A stretch of DNA of 64,000 bases from Nitrospina sp. (lineage in GTDB: Bacteria > Nitrospinota > Nitrospinia > Nitrospinales > VA-1). Both the position numbers and the translations under genes were made by a program. Below, in pieces: positions 19,014-29,554 of this stretch (positions are counted from its first letter, which is position 1; every line of letters starts with the position of its first letter). The notes under the pieces were generated by a model. The model did no database searches. It saw nothing but the letters and a program-made list of their open reading frames with translations, and was not told where the DNA came from. The DNA is taken from assembly GCA_018653085.1 (NCBI GenBank), contig JABIAY010000046.1, forward strand, positions 48,883 to 112,882, in the 5' to 3' direction.

Positions 19014-20881
19014 CTTTTCTCAGCGAGAATACGTTTTTCCAAGAGCAACATGATCAGGCTGATGGCTGATGGTGTGACTCCCGAAATGCGTCCTGCCTGC
19101 CCTAATGTAACCGGGCGAATTTCTTCAAGTTTCTGCACCACTTCGTGGGAGAGTCCGGAAACCCCCTGATACTGGAACTCATCCGGTATGGGGTAGCTTT
19201 CCAGTTTCTTCTGCCGGGCTACCATCTGATTTTGCCGGGTGATGAACCCTTCATATTTTACGCGGATCTCCACTTGCTCGCCGACCAATTGTGGCACACC
19301 CTCACCTTCGAATGCCCGGAGCAACCTGTCATGCGAAACTTCAGGTCGACGGAGCAGACCACCAAGGGTAGTGGGATTTCTCAATTCGTGAATACCCAAA
19401 GTAGACAACCGGGCAAGTGTTTGCGGGTTGGGTACCACTGCCGTCTTTTCCAGCCTTTTTATCTCTCTGTCGACTGCGCGGTATTTTTCCATACATTTTT
19501 CAAGTAATGTTTTATCCACCAGACCCAGATCATGACCCTTTTGCATCAACCGCTCATCGGCATTATCCTGCCTTAAAATCAGCCGGTATTCAGCCCGAGA
19601 GGTGAACATGCGGTAAGGCTCCTGCGTGCCCTTGGTCACCAGGTCATCAATGAGTACACCGATATAACTATCCATGCGGGTGAGCAAAAACGGTTTTCGT
19701 TTTTGCGCCTTGAGGGCGGCATTGATCCCCGCCACGATTCCCTGACCTGCCGCTTCTTCATAACCGGAGGTGCCATTGATTTGACCGGCGTGGAACAATC
19801 CACTTACCCGTTTGGTCTCCAATGCCGGAGTGAGTTGCGTAGGGGGAACAAAATCGTATTCCACGGCGTAGCCGGGTAAGACAATTTCGGCCTGTTCCAG
19901 ACCCGGAATCGTTTGCACAAACTGCAACTGCACCTCCTCGGCAAGACTGGTGGAAATACCGTTCGGATAAATCCAGTCCGTATTGAGACCTTCGGGTTCC
20001 AGAAAAATATTATGCGAATTCTTATCCGGAAACTTTACTACCTTATCTTCTATGGAGGGGCAATAGCGCGGACCGACTCCATCTATCACACCGCTGTATA
20101 ACGGCGACAAATGCATGTTGTCACGGATGACCTGCGCGGTTCGCTCATTGGTTGCAGTGAGGTAGCAGGGCACCTGTTTTAAGTCAAGGCGGGAAGTCGA
20201 AAACGAAAAGGGTCGCGGTACCTCATCACCGGGCTGAATGGTACACTGGCTGAAGTCGATACTGTCCCGCTTCAAACGTGGCGGGGTTCCTGTTTTCAAG
20301 CGGCCCAACTCAAATCCGGCAGATAAAAACGATTGCGATAATTTGGTGGAAGGTTTTTCTCCTACCCGTCCAGCCGGCCTGCTTTCCAGTCCAAGGTGTA
20401 TCAGCCCGTTCAAAAAGGTTCCTGTTGTGATGACCACGCAGGCGGCCTGAATTTCGGTGCCCTTTGCAGTCCGCACTCCTTTAATAGTGGAATTCTCAAT
20501 AATCAGTTCATCGACTTCTTCAAAGAGCAGGTCGAGGTTTTCGGTATTTTCCAGAACCCGGCGCATGGCATTTTTGTAACGATCCTTGTCAGCCTGAGCC
20601 CTGAAACCATGTACCGCCGGACCCTTGGACATGTTCAGCACCCGGAACTGGATTCCCGTCTCATCAATGATTTTAGCCATCTCGCCGCCGAGCGCATCTA
20701 TTTCGCGCACAATATGGCCTTTGCCCACCCCGCCAATAGCAGGGTTGCAGGGCATCAGGGCGATTTTGTCCGCTTCCAGGGTGATCATCATAGTGGAGCA
20801 CCCCATGCGCGCCGAGGCCAGGGCCGCTTCGCAACCTGCGTGCCCACCGCCGATAACAATTACGTCAACCTTTTTCATCAA
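19010..20881 (-). CDS. mnmG: tRNA uridine-5-carboxymethylaminomethyl synthesis enzyme MnmG (GidA)
   Basis: [50 protein letters not shown]. Confidence 0.98.
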   Translation of the reverse strand: MMKKVDVIVIGGGHAGCEAALASARMGCSTMMITLEADKIALMPCNPAIGGVGKGHIVREIDALGGEMAKIIDETGIQFRVLNMSKGPAVHGFRAQADKDRYKNAMRRVLENTENLDLLFEEVDELIIENSTIKGVRTAKGTEIQAACVVITTGTFLNGLIHLGLESRPAGRVGEKPSTKLSQSFLSAGFELGRLKTGTPPRLKRDSIDFSQCTIQPGDEVPRPFSFSTSRLDLKQVPCYLTATNERTAQVIRDNMHLSPLYSGVIDGVGPRYCPSIEDKVVKFPDKNSHNIFLEPEGLNTDWIYPNGISTSLAEEVQLQFVQTIPGLEQAEIVLPGYAVEYDFVPPTQLTPALETKRVSGLFHAGQINGTSGYEEAAGQGIVAGINAALKAQKRKPFLLTRMDSYIGVLIDDLVTKGTQEPYRMFTSRAEYRLILRQDNADERLMQKGHDLGLVDKTLLEKCMEKYRAVDREIKRLEKTAVVPNPQTLARLSTLGIHELRNPTTLGGLLRRPEVSHDRLLRAFEGEGVPQLVGEQVEIRVKYEGFITRQNQMVARQKKLESYPIPDEFQYQGVSGLSHEVVQKLEEIRPVTLGQAGRISGVTPSAISLIMLLLEKRILAEKR

Positions 20882-20924
20882 ATTTGAACCGGATGGGTGA
20901 ATGAACTATCTATAGTACAACAGT

Positions 20925-21857
20925 TCAGGGTGAAAATAGAAGTTTGAGTTTGAGCCGGAGGGAATCGTCCGCACTTTGGGTGGCGGAACCTGTCAGATGA
21001 CGAAAAGCGGAGCGAACCAGTCCTGCTAAAAATGTCACCTTGTATAAGGAACGTAAAATAAAATTCCAGCCGCAGGAATAATATTTAGAGTAGAAATAAA
21101 GGTTACTTTTATAGGTTTCCACAATGACCTTTTCCCGATGCTCCGGTTGATGCGTGCTCTGACCCAGGAGGTGCTTGACCGATGTTTCGGGGAAGTAGCA
21201 TATTTTTTGTTCGGCTTTTCGGGTTCGCCTGCAAAAATCATCTTCTTCATTGTACAAAAAATGTTTTTCATCGAGGAGGCCGACAGATTCCATGATTGTT
21301 CTGCGAATGAAGAAACAGGATCCACCAACCGCTTCCACTTCGCGGGGGCCCTTTCCGACCATGCCTTTGAATTCATCGGCAGGATTGTATTTCCCAAGAA
21401 TCTTAAGCAAAGCATCTTCCGGACTGTCTTGCCATAAGCGCATGGGAAAGGGGTGATCAGACTGGTCGATGATTTGTGGGCTGAGCACGGAAAACTCTTC
21501 GTTCTCGTTAAGAAATTGAACGATTTTGAAAAAACTGTTTTCCATCAGAACCGTATCACTGTTTAGAAGAACAACAAAGCGACCACGGCTTTCCCTGAAG
21601 GCTTGGTTGGCGGCCGAAGAGAGGCCCTTGTTTTCCTGATTGCGTATTAATTGAATCTGTGGAAATTTTTTTGATACAGCGTCGGCACTCCCGTCTATAG
21701 ACGCGTTGTCTACAACAAAGATTTCGCTCTCCAGACCAATGGTGTTTGTTTGCACCGATTCCAAACAGTCGAGCAAAAGGTCGCGTGTATTGAAGCTGAC
21801 AACGACAATCGAAAGATCGAGGGTGGGTAGGTGAGAAAATGGTGATGTGTCTACCAT
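20925..21857 (-). CDS. glycosyltransferase family 2
   Basis: SIVVVSFN, VVDNASIDGS, LLNSD, DEKHFLYNEEDDFC. Confidence 0.9.
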   Translation of the reverse strand: MVDTSPFSHLPTLDLSIVVVSFNTRDLLLDCLESVQTNTIGLESEIFVVDNASIDGSADAVSKKFPQIQLIRNQENKGLSSAANQAFRESRGRFVVLLNSDTVLMENSFFKIVQFLNENEEFSVLSPQIIDQSDHPFPMRLWQDSPEDALLKILGKYNPADEFKGMVGKGPREVEAVGGSCFFIRRTIMESVGLLDEKHFLYNEEDDFCRRTRKAEQKICYFPETSVKHLLGQSTHQPEHREKVIVETYKSNLYFYSKYYSCGWNFILRSLYKVTFLAGLVRSAFRHLTGSATQSADDSLRLKLKLLFSP

Positions 21858-21871
21858 GACAACCTGATCCG

Positions 21872-22096
21872 TTAAAGCTTTTGGGAGATCACTTCCTCGA
21901 TTATAGGAAGAGTCTGCATGGACTTTACTTCATCCAAAGTCAGAGCGATTTTGAATTCCTCTTCCATGGCGGCTACCATGGTCATATGGGCGAAGGAGTC
22001 CCATTCCGGTGTGTTGTCTGGAGAAGAAACATCGGTCAACTCATCCGAGTCAACATCGATAGCGGTGGCCAAAATTTCGCGAAGTTTAGTTTTCAT
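21872..22096 (-). CDS. acyl carrier protein (FkbH-associated type)
   Basis: Acidic 74-aa protein with a WDSFAH phosphopantetheine site and EEEFKI. Confidence 0.85.
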   Translation of the reverse strand: MKTKLREILATAIDVDSDELTDVSSPDNTPEWDSFAHMTMVAAMEEEFKIALTLDEVKSMQTLPIIEEVISQKL

Positions 22097-24362
22097 GTCG
22101 TAACATTTTAATATGGCTCGGCAACGAAACAGAGTTTTTTTCAAGGTTCAAGGTAAAAACTTTTTCTTGAGGATTGTCGGCCATGGTTTCGAATCCCGCA
22201 TCGGGATAAAAGCTTTCTGCAATCTGGTTCTTTCGGGTCGGGAAATATCGCCCAACGACATTTTTAATGTGGTCTTCGCTGGCCTTCCGGAAAATATCAT
22301 AAAGAAAAGCATTCTCGATACCTCTGCCGATAACACGACAACTCATTAAAAATGTGTCGAGTTCCCATGAATCGTTTTCGACACGGACAATACAGGCTCC
22401 AACGATACCATGGTCTCCGAAACGGTCCCCGGACTTCAGGAAATACACCCGGCTTTTTTCCGACTCGGCAAACGCCCGGATATCTGCTTCGCTGTATCGT
22501 TGTGTAGTGAGATTGAATTGGTTGGTTCGTTGCGTCAGTTGGGCAACCCGGGGAATGGAAAAGGAGTCGGCAGGTTGAATCACCACCTGGGTTTTTAATG
22601 ATTCAAGATAGCTATCGAGCTCTGTTGCCTGGTCCTTGAGGTGTCTGCGCTTGTCTTCTGTCTGGTAAAGGTGGGTTCTGTTTTTATCTTCTTCCGTGAG
22701 ATGTAAGGTTTCAAAGACACCCAGGCTTAGTAGCGTGCGGGTATATTCAGAACAATCCTCCGGCACCTCAATGGTCAGAACCTCGGGCATTTGCTGGCGA
22801 ATCAGCAAGCGTTCCGCCGGGTTGTCGTCAAAGAATACGAAGCTACTCAGTCCCAGATTGAGTTCATCGGCGATTTCTCTCAGGTTTTGTGCTTTATCAT
22901 TCCAGTTGGTCCGGATGCAGGCAAAATCGGAAAGCTTCAATTGCATATCGGGGTGTTTTTCAAACGCCTCGCGAACCAGGTCGGGATCATTTTTGCTGTT
23001 GATGGCCAGGATGATTCCGCGCCGCTGCAAAGCTTTTACAGCCTTCTGAAATTCGTAGAAAGCGTTTCCAGGAGGTTCCAATCCCAACTCAATTCCCTCA
23101 AGCCCCTCTTCTCCCAGGATGCCACCCCAGAGAGTATTGTCAAGATCCAGGACGAGGCATTTTTTGGTTTTGCCCCCAACAGGCCTTACGAAACGCATCA
23201 GTTCGCGGGCCATATCTGGAAGAGCTTGATCCGGAATAATCATTTTGGCCAGGTAGCGCATTTTTTCGTTTGCGCAGGTTGTTTTACCGCAGTTGGAAAG
23301 TACTTTCTCTGTGTCCAGAATGTGAAACCGTTGCGGATTGGATCGGGTCTGGCTCAAAAGATGATCATTCATTTTACCCAGAATCTCTTTTTGCCCACTT
23401 CCCATTTTAGAGTCGTACACACCCATATAATAATCACTCGGGAGTAAAAAGTTGCTGACAACAAGGTGAGACTTGGAAAGATCGAGAAATTTGTTGCACA
23501 GAGCTTCCACGTGTTTAAGTTTGTCCTCTGCCAAGTGAAAACGTTTTTCAGGCAGGATATCAAAAAATTTGTTAAACAACTCCGGAGAAAGAGTCTGGCT
23601 ATCCAGAAATAGAAAAGTGATTGCCGGGTCAAAGTTAAATAACCCTGAGTTGGCGTCTGCCATTTCCTGAATATATTGATCGTATCCGCCAAAATAAAAT
23701 TTCGGTTGAATGGACTGCTTGAAGCACTCCGCTTCCAAAAAATCCTTAATGGGCTCAATGGTAAAGTTGCCGATAAAGGCGATGGAGAGATTTTTGAAAC
23801 TAAGCGAATTTGTCTTTAGAAGAGACTTGACTCTCTTGATGAATATGCGCGCGCCCATGATTGAAGATCGCAAGTCATAGTATTGCGAATAATAACTGAC
23901 GGCTTTATCGGGTTGCGATTTGGCGTAGAGGTCTCCCAATAAGAGATAGGGGTCCGGATAAGAGCTGTCTTTTTGAATAGCTCCTTCCAGAAAATTTTCA
24001 GCTTGTTGGGAATCGTTCAAATTCAGGCAGGAAGACCCTGCCAATGTTAGTGCAACCTGGCTTTCCCCCAGGATACTTTCGTATTGTTTGAAGAGCTCAT
24101 TTGCGGATTGATACTGCTTGTTTTTTTCATAAGCCTGGAGCAAAACAATGGCAGGCTCTACCAGGTGGTGATTTTTAATTTGCCGCCCCTTGCTGAAGAC
24201 CTCTTCAAGTTTTTCTCTGGCCATGGAAAGATAACCTCTCTCCACCAAAAAACGTATTTCCTGACAACCAGCAGTCAGTTCCATTTCCGCTCGGGTGGCC
24301 GGGTCTAAACCTTCGGGTGAGGACGGGTTCAGGGCATCTGATTTTAAGATCGGTTTGGCCAT
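22086..24362 (-). CDS. FkbH-like glyceryl-ACP synthase (HAD-IIIC) with N-terminal TPR region
   Basis: LVLDLDNTLWGG, SKND, FFDDNPAE, QRTNQFNLT, DRFGDHG, MSCRV. Confidence 0.92.
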   Translation of the reverse strand: MAKPILKSDALNPSSPEGLDPATRAEMELTAGCQEIRFLVERGYLSMAREKLEEVFSKGRQIKNHHLVEPAIVLLQAYEKNKQYQSANELFKQYESILGESQVALTLAGSSCLNLNDSQQAENFLEGAIQKDSSYPDPYLLLGDLYAKSQPDKAVSYYSQYYDLRSSIMGARIFIKRVKSLLKTNSLSFKNLSIAFIGNFTIEPIKDFLEAECFKQSIQPKFYFGGYDQYIQEMADANSGLFNFDPAITFLFLDSQTLSPELFNKFFDILPEKRFHLAEDKLKHVEALCNKFLDLSKSHLVVSNFLLPSDYYMGVYDSKMGSGQKEILGKMNDHLLSQTRSNPQRFHILDTEKVLSNCGKTTCANEKMRYLAKMIIPDQALPDMARELMRFVRPVGGKTKKCLVLDLDNTLWGGILGEEGLEGIELGLEPPGNAFYEFQKAVKALQRRGIILAINSKNDPDLVREAFEKHPDMQLKLSDFACIRTNWNDKAQNLREIADELNLGLSSFVFFDDNPAERLLIRQQMPEVLTIEVPEDCSEYTRTLLSLGVFETLHLTEEDKNRTHLYQTEDKRRHLKDQATELDSYLESLKTQVVIQPADSFSIPRVAQLTQRTNQFNLTTQRYSEADIRAFAESEKSRVYFLKSGDRFGDHGIVGACIVRVENDSWELDTFLMSCRVIGRGIENAFLYDIFRKASEDHIKNVVGRYFPTRKNQIAESFYPDAGFETMADNPQEKVFTLNLEKNSVSLPSHIKMLRHEN

Positions 24363-24363
24363 A

Positions 24364-25122
24364 TCACATTATGTTTCCGCCGCAGACGGGAAGATTTACT
24401 CCTGTTACAAAACGGGATGGATTGGAAAGCAGAAAGAGTACCGCATTTGAAATGTCGGAGCATTCCGTGTTTCGCTTTAGCGGAGTTCCCTCGGCAAAAG
24501 ACTGCTTAAACGATTCGGGCATATGACTCACCATGTCGGTTTCGGTCAATCCCGGCGAGACCATGTTGACGTTGACTCCGAAGGGAGCCAGTTCGACAGC
24601 CAGGCATTTCGAGAACCCGACCAGAGCATATTTTGCGGTGACGTAGGTGGCCATGGCAATAGGTGGCAGGCCGAATGTAAATTGAGTCGCTATATTGACA
24701 ATGCTTCCCCTGCGGTTTTTCATCATCAACGCGCCAACGCTTTTAGAACAGTTGAACGCCGATTTGACACCTGCTTCAAAACAGGACTGAAAATCATCCC
24801 AGTCCGTTTTTACGATCTTTTTGCTGACGATTCCCGGTCCGACATTATTGACCAAAATGGTTGGCGCACCGAACTGCTCCACCGTTTGGGACAGCAGGCT
24901 CTGAACATCCTCAAACTGGGTAACATCTGCCCGAACTGCCAATGCGGTTCCACCGGACTGATTAATTTTAGCAACCAGGGCATTCGCCTGTTCCTCGCTT
25001 TCTCGATAGTTGACGATCACACGGCATCCAGCCGAAGCCAGGGTCATCGCAATGTCCGCCCCGATGCCTCTGCCGGCACCAGTCACGATGGCGATTTCAT
25101 TTTCCATTTCCCTATTCATCAT
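24364..25122 (-). CDS. FabG-like short-chain dehydrogenase/ketoreductase
   Basis: TGAGRGIG, LVNN, YVTAK, VSPGLTETDM. Confidence 0.88.
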   Translation of the reverse strand: MMNREMENEIAIVTGAGRGIGADIAMTLASAGCRVIVNYRESEEQANALVAKINQSGGTALAVRADVTQFEDVQSLLSQTVEQFGAPTILVNNVGPGIVSKKIVKTDWDDFQSCFEAGVKSAFNCSKSVGALMMKNRRGSIVNIATQFTFGLPPIAMATYVTAKYALVGFSKCLAVELAPFGVNVNMVSPGLTETDMVSHMPESFKQSFAEGTPLKRNTECSDISNAVLFLLSNPSRFVTGVNLPVCGGNIM

Positions 25123-25549
25123 TAATGGTTCCTTCGTTGAGAGGAGGGCACAGGACTCTGGCGGTGCCTGTCAAAACATTTTCAGCGTTTTGATTTGTGA
25201 CGGCGATTTTAAGAACCAACATTTGGGAACTAACCACCTTTTGTATAACAATGGCCGTTATCTGGATTGTATCATCAATCGCGACCGTCTTTTTAAAGTT
25301 CAACTCCTGACTGAGGTAGAGTGCCCCCGGCCCGGGAAGTTGCATTCCAACAACCGTGGATATGAAGGAGGCCGTCAACATTCCATGGACCACCCTTTTC
25401 TTGAACCCGGCTTTAGAGGCAAAGCCAGCATCCATATGTAGCGGGTTGGTGTCGCCTGTGAGTTCGGCAAATGTTTGTACGTCTTTTTCTGTGACGGTGT
25501 GGCGAAGCGAAGCTTCACGACCAATTTGTATCGCATCGAAATCGAGCAT
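25112..25549 (-). CDS. MaoC-family (R)-specific dehydratase
   Basis: FAELTGDTNPLH, VHGML, LPGPG, YLSQELNF. Confidence 0.9.
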   Translation of the reverse strand: MLDFDAIQIGREASLRHTVTEKDVQTFAELTGDTNPLHMDAGFASKAGFKKRVVHGMLTASFISTVVGMQLPGPGALYLSQELNFKKTVAIDDTIQITAIVIQKVVSSQMLVLKIAVTNQNAENVLTGTARVLCPPLNEGTINDE

Positions 25550-25557
25550 GAAACGAA

Positions 25558-26079
25558 CTATCTCCTTTTAGTCATAGATAGTTTTCGACTTCCAGAGACA
25601 ACAATCGAATCTTCCGGCACCCGGCCGGTAACGACCACACCGGAACCGATGATTACATTGTCTCCAATATGGGCTCCAGCCAGAATGGACGAGTTGGCTC
25701 CGATCCAAACGTTCTTCCCGATCACAATGTCCTTCTCATTGATAGGTTGTTCGGTGTACGACTCTTTAGAGAAAAAGGAATGATTGGATGAAATAATGAT
25801 GGTTCCCGGTCCCACTCCCGTATTGTCTCCAACAGTTATTTTAGAGTTTGGCGATGCCCAGATACAGCAGTTCATATCTAGGACGATCTTATTCCCCAGA
25901 TGAATATTTTTTTCAAAACGCAGGGACACGGTAGGATGGATTTCCGGATCAGTGCCGACCTGAAGGTTTTTCAGGGGCAACACATGCTCGTACAAATAAT
26001 ACACGAGCCAACGGAACAGCTCCCTGTAGAGATGGGGGCTGGTGATAATCTGAAGTAGTCTAATGGATTTTCCCGCCAT
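25558..26079 (-). CDS. hexapeptide-repeat (left-handed beta-helix) acyltransferase
   Basis: ITVGDNTGVGPG, SSNH, IVIGKNVWIGANSSILAGAHIGDNVIIG. Confidence 0.88.
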   Translation of the reverse strand: MAGKSIRLLQIITSPHLYRELFRWLVYYLYEHVLPLKNLQVGTDPEIHPTVSLRFEKNIHLGNKIVLDMNCCIWASPNSKITVGDNTGVGPGTIIISSNHSFFSKESYTEQPINEKDIVIGKNVWIGANSSILAGAHIGDNVIIGSGVVVTGRVPEDSIVVSGSRKLSMTKRR

Positions 26080-26851
26080 GGAATTGAGTTAGGATATTTT
26101 CTTGTTCTTTGGAATCGGCTTGAAACAAAGCTTCCGCATGTCGGAACTGGTTATTCGAACCGAGGGCGCGGAACCGGTTCAGTGATTGGGTCATTTCAGC
26201 AAAGTTGTCGATGTCTTTTTGCGAACGATACACTCGGATCGCTTCCAGCTTTTTGTCAATGACATCGGATATGTCTACTAGCTGGTTGTGGATCATAGCG
26301 GTCCAGATTTCATAGAAGAATACATGTTCCACCGGTTTTTGTCTGACCGCGTTGACAACGATGGCCGCTGTTGCCATGTGGTCGGGATGGTTATCCAGAA
26401 AAAAGGGCAGATAAACCGTGTCGGGTTTGACTTCATCAAGAATTCCCTCTACTTGTCGGACAGCTTCCTGGGTGGTTCGGAGTTGACGATCAGGATGGCC
26501 TAGAAAAATCAACCGATCAATTCCGAGAATTTGGGCCGCGGCCTCGGCTTCCTGTTTGCGAATCTGGACGATATCATTCGCATCATTGCCATTGCTGTCG
26601 CATTTCGACCCATCCGTCATAAAAACTGCGGTTAAATGATGTCCCTTCTGGTGATGTTTATAAAGTGTTCCGCCGCAACCGATGGATTCATCATCGCAAT
26701 GCGGCGAAAAAACCAAAATATTTTCACCTGGAGGAAGATCCGTTATCAAACCAGGAGACAACGAGGAAAGCGCATGGGTGAATTCATAATATTTGGAAAC
26801 GATACTGTTCCTGCGCGTGGCAAGTAGTCCTTTAAGGAAATTTTTGATCAC
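26060..26851 (-). CDS. PIG-L/LmbE family N-acetylglucosaminyl deacetylase
   Basis: SPHCDDESIGCGG, HPDH, YRSQ, AEA. Confidence 0.9.
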   Translation of the reverse strand: MIKNFLKGLLATRRNSIVSKYYEFTHALSSLSPGLITDLPPGENILVFSPHCDDESIGCGGTLYKHHQKGHHLTAVFMTDGSKCDSNGNDANDIVQIRKQEAEAAAQILGIDRLIFLGHPDRQLRTTQEAVRQVEGILDEVKPDTVYLPFFLDNHPDHMATAAIVVNAVRQKPVEHVFFYEIWTAMIHNQLVDISDVIDKKLEAIRVYRSQKDIDNFAEMTQSLNRFRALGSNNQFRHAEALFQADSKEQENILTQFHGGKIH

Positions 26852-26854
26852 TGT

Positions 26855-28030
26855 TCAGCTGATGAAATTTCGGGTGGATACAAGTTCGCCATCTTCATTA
26901 TAGTACACCTTCAGGTTCTGCCAACCTAGATGGAGATCGCAGTCTTGGCAAGTTGGGATCTCGAACCTTTTTCGTTGGACCATTTTTTCGCGCAATTCGG
27001 TTAACACCGGTCCATTCCAGATTTCCTCAATGGTTTTTTCTTGAAGATCTCCCAACACTTCGGTGGCAAACATGTCGACGCAACAAAGAACCACACGACC
27101 GTCCCAGTTAACGACCAGCCATTTCCAAAGTTGATTGCATGGAGCCGAGTTGGTTAAATTGAACTGTTTGTGGTTAAAAGTTTTTGTTATATCGGATCGA
27201 TCCATATGTTCTTCATAGAATGAATCCTTATTGAATTCTCCCGCCCAGTTGGAAATACTATCTTCCTCGATGGGAGTAACTTCAACAGTACATCGGTGAG
27301 AAGTTATTTTTGAAAACAGTTCGTGCTCCATGGTTTTCTTTCGGGAAAGCGAGGATTTGACACGAAAGTTTACCCGGACCGGACTTTGAGCCGCATCGTT
27401 CAATTCCAGAAATTTTAAAATGTTGGTACGCACAACGTCGTAGCTCATTTTTTTAATTTCTTCAAAAGTGGTTTTTTCCAGTTCATCCAGACTGATTTCA
27501 ACATCCACTCCATTTTCAATCAACATGGATGATATTTTTTCGTTCAGGAAAAAGGCGTTGGTGAGCAGTTCGGTTTTGTGGATTGAGGGGAATTGCTTTA
27601 AATATTCGATTTTCTCGACAAACGTTTTGTCCATCAATGGCTCACCGAAGGTACCAAATCGGATGACCCCGCCACGAGTTGCATAATTATCTATAATCTT
27701 TTTAAAAAGCGACATCTTCATTGCCCCAAGGTTCTCAAGTTTAGGTTGGGGGCACCATGTGCATTTGGCATTGCATCGATTTGTGATATCGAGGACCAGA
27801 GCCTTCGGCCACTCTGCCAGGGTGTCGGCAAGAGGCTTTACCGTAATATCGAACAGGGGCGACTCATACGCTCGCCGACGGAAATAATCCATTTCCTGGA
27901 AAAACGGCAGTTTTTTGATCCATGATTTTACAATCTCTTTAATGATGAAGCCTCTGGTGAGTTGTTTTGCCGGCTCATGTATTTGGACTCTTGCGAAAGG
28001 ACGAGGGTTGGTCTGGGTGAGACGGTTCAC
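26855..28030 (-). CDS. radical SAM protein with SPASM/twitch domain
   Basis: CNAKCTWC, FGEPL, C-terminal PC...VNWDGRVVLCC...IWNG...CQDC. Confidence 0.9.
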   Translation of the reverse strand: MNRLTQTNPRPFARVQIHEPAKQLTRGFIIKEIVKSWIKKLPFFQEMDYFRRRAYESPLFDITVKPLADTLAEWPKALVLDITNRCNAKCTWCPQPKLENLGAMKMSLFKKIIDNYATRGGVIRFGTFGEPLMDKTFVEKIEYLKQFPSIHKTELLTNAFFLNEKISSMLIENGVDVEISLDELEKTTFEEIKKMSYDVVRTNILKFLELNDAAQSPVRVNFRVKSSLSRKKTMEHELFSKITSHRCTVEVTPIEEDSISNWAGEFNKDSFYEEHMDRSDITKTFNHKQFNLTNSAPCNQLWKWLVVNWDGRVVLCCVDMFATEVLGDLQEKTIEEIWNGPVLTELREKMVQRKRFEIPTCQDCDLHLGWQNLKVYYNEDGELVSTRNFIS

Positions 28031-28124
28031 GATATTGAGGACCTTGAGGGGGTAATTTGATTACCTTATCGGGTATTTTATACCATTTGTTGAGATTTTT
28101 GTGAGATTAGGGGGGAAACTTTCC

Positions 28125-29267
28125 CTATATTTCATCCAGAACGGATTGGTAGATTTCTGTCATTTCCCGGGCGGATTGATCCCAGGAAAAACGTTGGCGC
28201 ACCAATTCTTGTCCGGCGTCTGCAAGGGTCTGAGCCCGACCCGGATTTTCCAGTTTTTCGAGGATAGCACGGTAAAGCGCCGGGATATTTCCGGGCGATA
28301 CCAGAGTTCCTGTCACCCCATCGTTAATGAATTCCGGAAGTGCTCCCACCCGGGTTGCAATGATAGGTAGCCCCGCCCCCATCGCTTCTGCCATGGACAA
28401 GCCGAAACTCTCGATGCGGGAGGGGAAAACCCCAACTGCGCATTTGCTGGTGAATTGTTGAAGGGCACTGGCATCCATCCAGCCGTGGAAAGTGACCCGA
28501 TCCGACACCCCCAGTTCCTCCGCCTGTTTGCGGTAGGATTCGGTCATGTTGCCTTCTCCGATCAAGTGGAGTCGGACCTCCGGAACCCGCCCCGCAACCT
28601 CTTTCAACGTGCGGAGAAGTTCGGGAATCCCTTTTTCGTCTTCCATCCGCCCCCACAACACCAGATCCTTTGAACCCTCAGCCTGCCTTGTTGCCTCGAG
28701 CCAGGTGGAATCTATTCCGGGAGAAACCACCGTCACTTTTTTTCCTTTTTTATTTCTTAACCCTTTTAGAACCAGTTTTTTTGAAAACTCGCTGAAGGTG
28801 ATGACCCTGGATGCGTTGAAAGCCGAGGAACGTAATAAATAATTGTTGAGCGTTTTTAAAAAAGATAGAGGGCGCAACATTCCGCGAATCATCCCAGTTT
28901 CCGGGATCGCACAAGAGTGGTTGGTAAACAGGTAACCGGCCTTGAATTTCCTGGCAATCTCGCTGGCAAAAAATGCCTCTTCGGCATTGCCATGCACAAT
29001 ATCGAACCGCTCCCATTTCATCAGGCGCTTCAAGGCGCGGTAATAGGAAAAAATGTCCAGGTTCAGCGTGGCGCAATGAAAATGGGAGGTCCAGTGCACG
29101 GTATAAGGGGGTTTTGCTGAAATCTTTTCGCCGGGACTTTTAGAATAAAGCACATGAACATCATGCCCCATTCTCTGTAAAGCGCAGGCAAGATGATGCA
29201 CGGCAATCTGACCACCCCCCTTGAATTTAGACCAGGGAGAAGAATAAATGGTAAGGCAAATTTTCAT
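28125..29267 (-). CDS. glycosyltransferase family 4
   Basis: GGGQ, GRMEDEKG, PSRIESFGLSMAEAMGAG, FSWD. Confidence 0.9.
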   Translation of the reverse strand: MKICLTIYSSPWSKFKGGGQIAVHHLACALQRMGHDVHVLYSKSPGEKISAKPPYTVHWTSHFHCATLNLDIFSYYRALKRLMKWERFDIVHGNAEEAFFASEIARKFKAGYLFTNHSCAIPETGMIRGMLRPLSFLKTLNNYLLRSSAFNASRVITFSEFSKKLVLKGLRNKKGKKVTVVSPGIDSTWLEATRQAEGSKDLVLWGRMEDEKGIPELLRTLKEVAGRVPEVRLHLIGEGNMTESYRKQAEELGVSDRVTFHGWMDASALQQFTSKCAVGVFPSRIESFGLSMAEAMGAGLPIIATRVGALPEFINDGVTGTLVSPGNIPALYRAILEKLENPGRAQTLADAGQELVRQRFSWDQSAREMTEIYQSVLDEI

Positions 29268-29554
29268 TCCACAACCATGGGGTCAATTAGTTTCTGGATT
29301 TGAGCTTCCAGCCTCATAGATTATAAGGGAAATACCATTTGTTTTTTATTAATTTTCTACCAACCCTTTAAAGTACCCAACCCCATAAACCGTTAAGGTT
29401 TAAGAGTCTGCTTTATATAAAACAAACTAAACGAAAACAGATTTTCTCCATTGCAAACGACAACTGGAAGCATGTGGGAAACCAGATTGCAGTGTGGTAA
29501 CATTTATCGTAGTTAAAAACCTTTGTTTCGTACTTGGTTTTTGGAGCCCTGCTA

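Noticed and set aside
26855-28030. RiPP maturase reading of the SPASM radical SAM
   Set aside because: No precursor peptide, RRE domain or peptidase/exporter nearby; the context is glycosyltransferases
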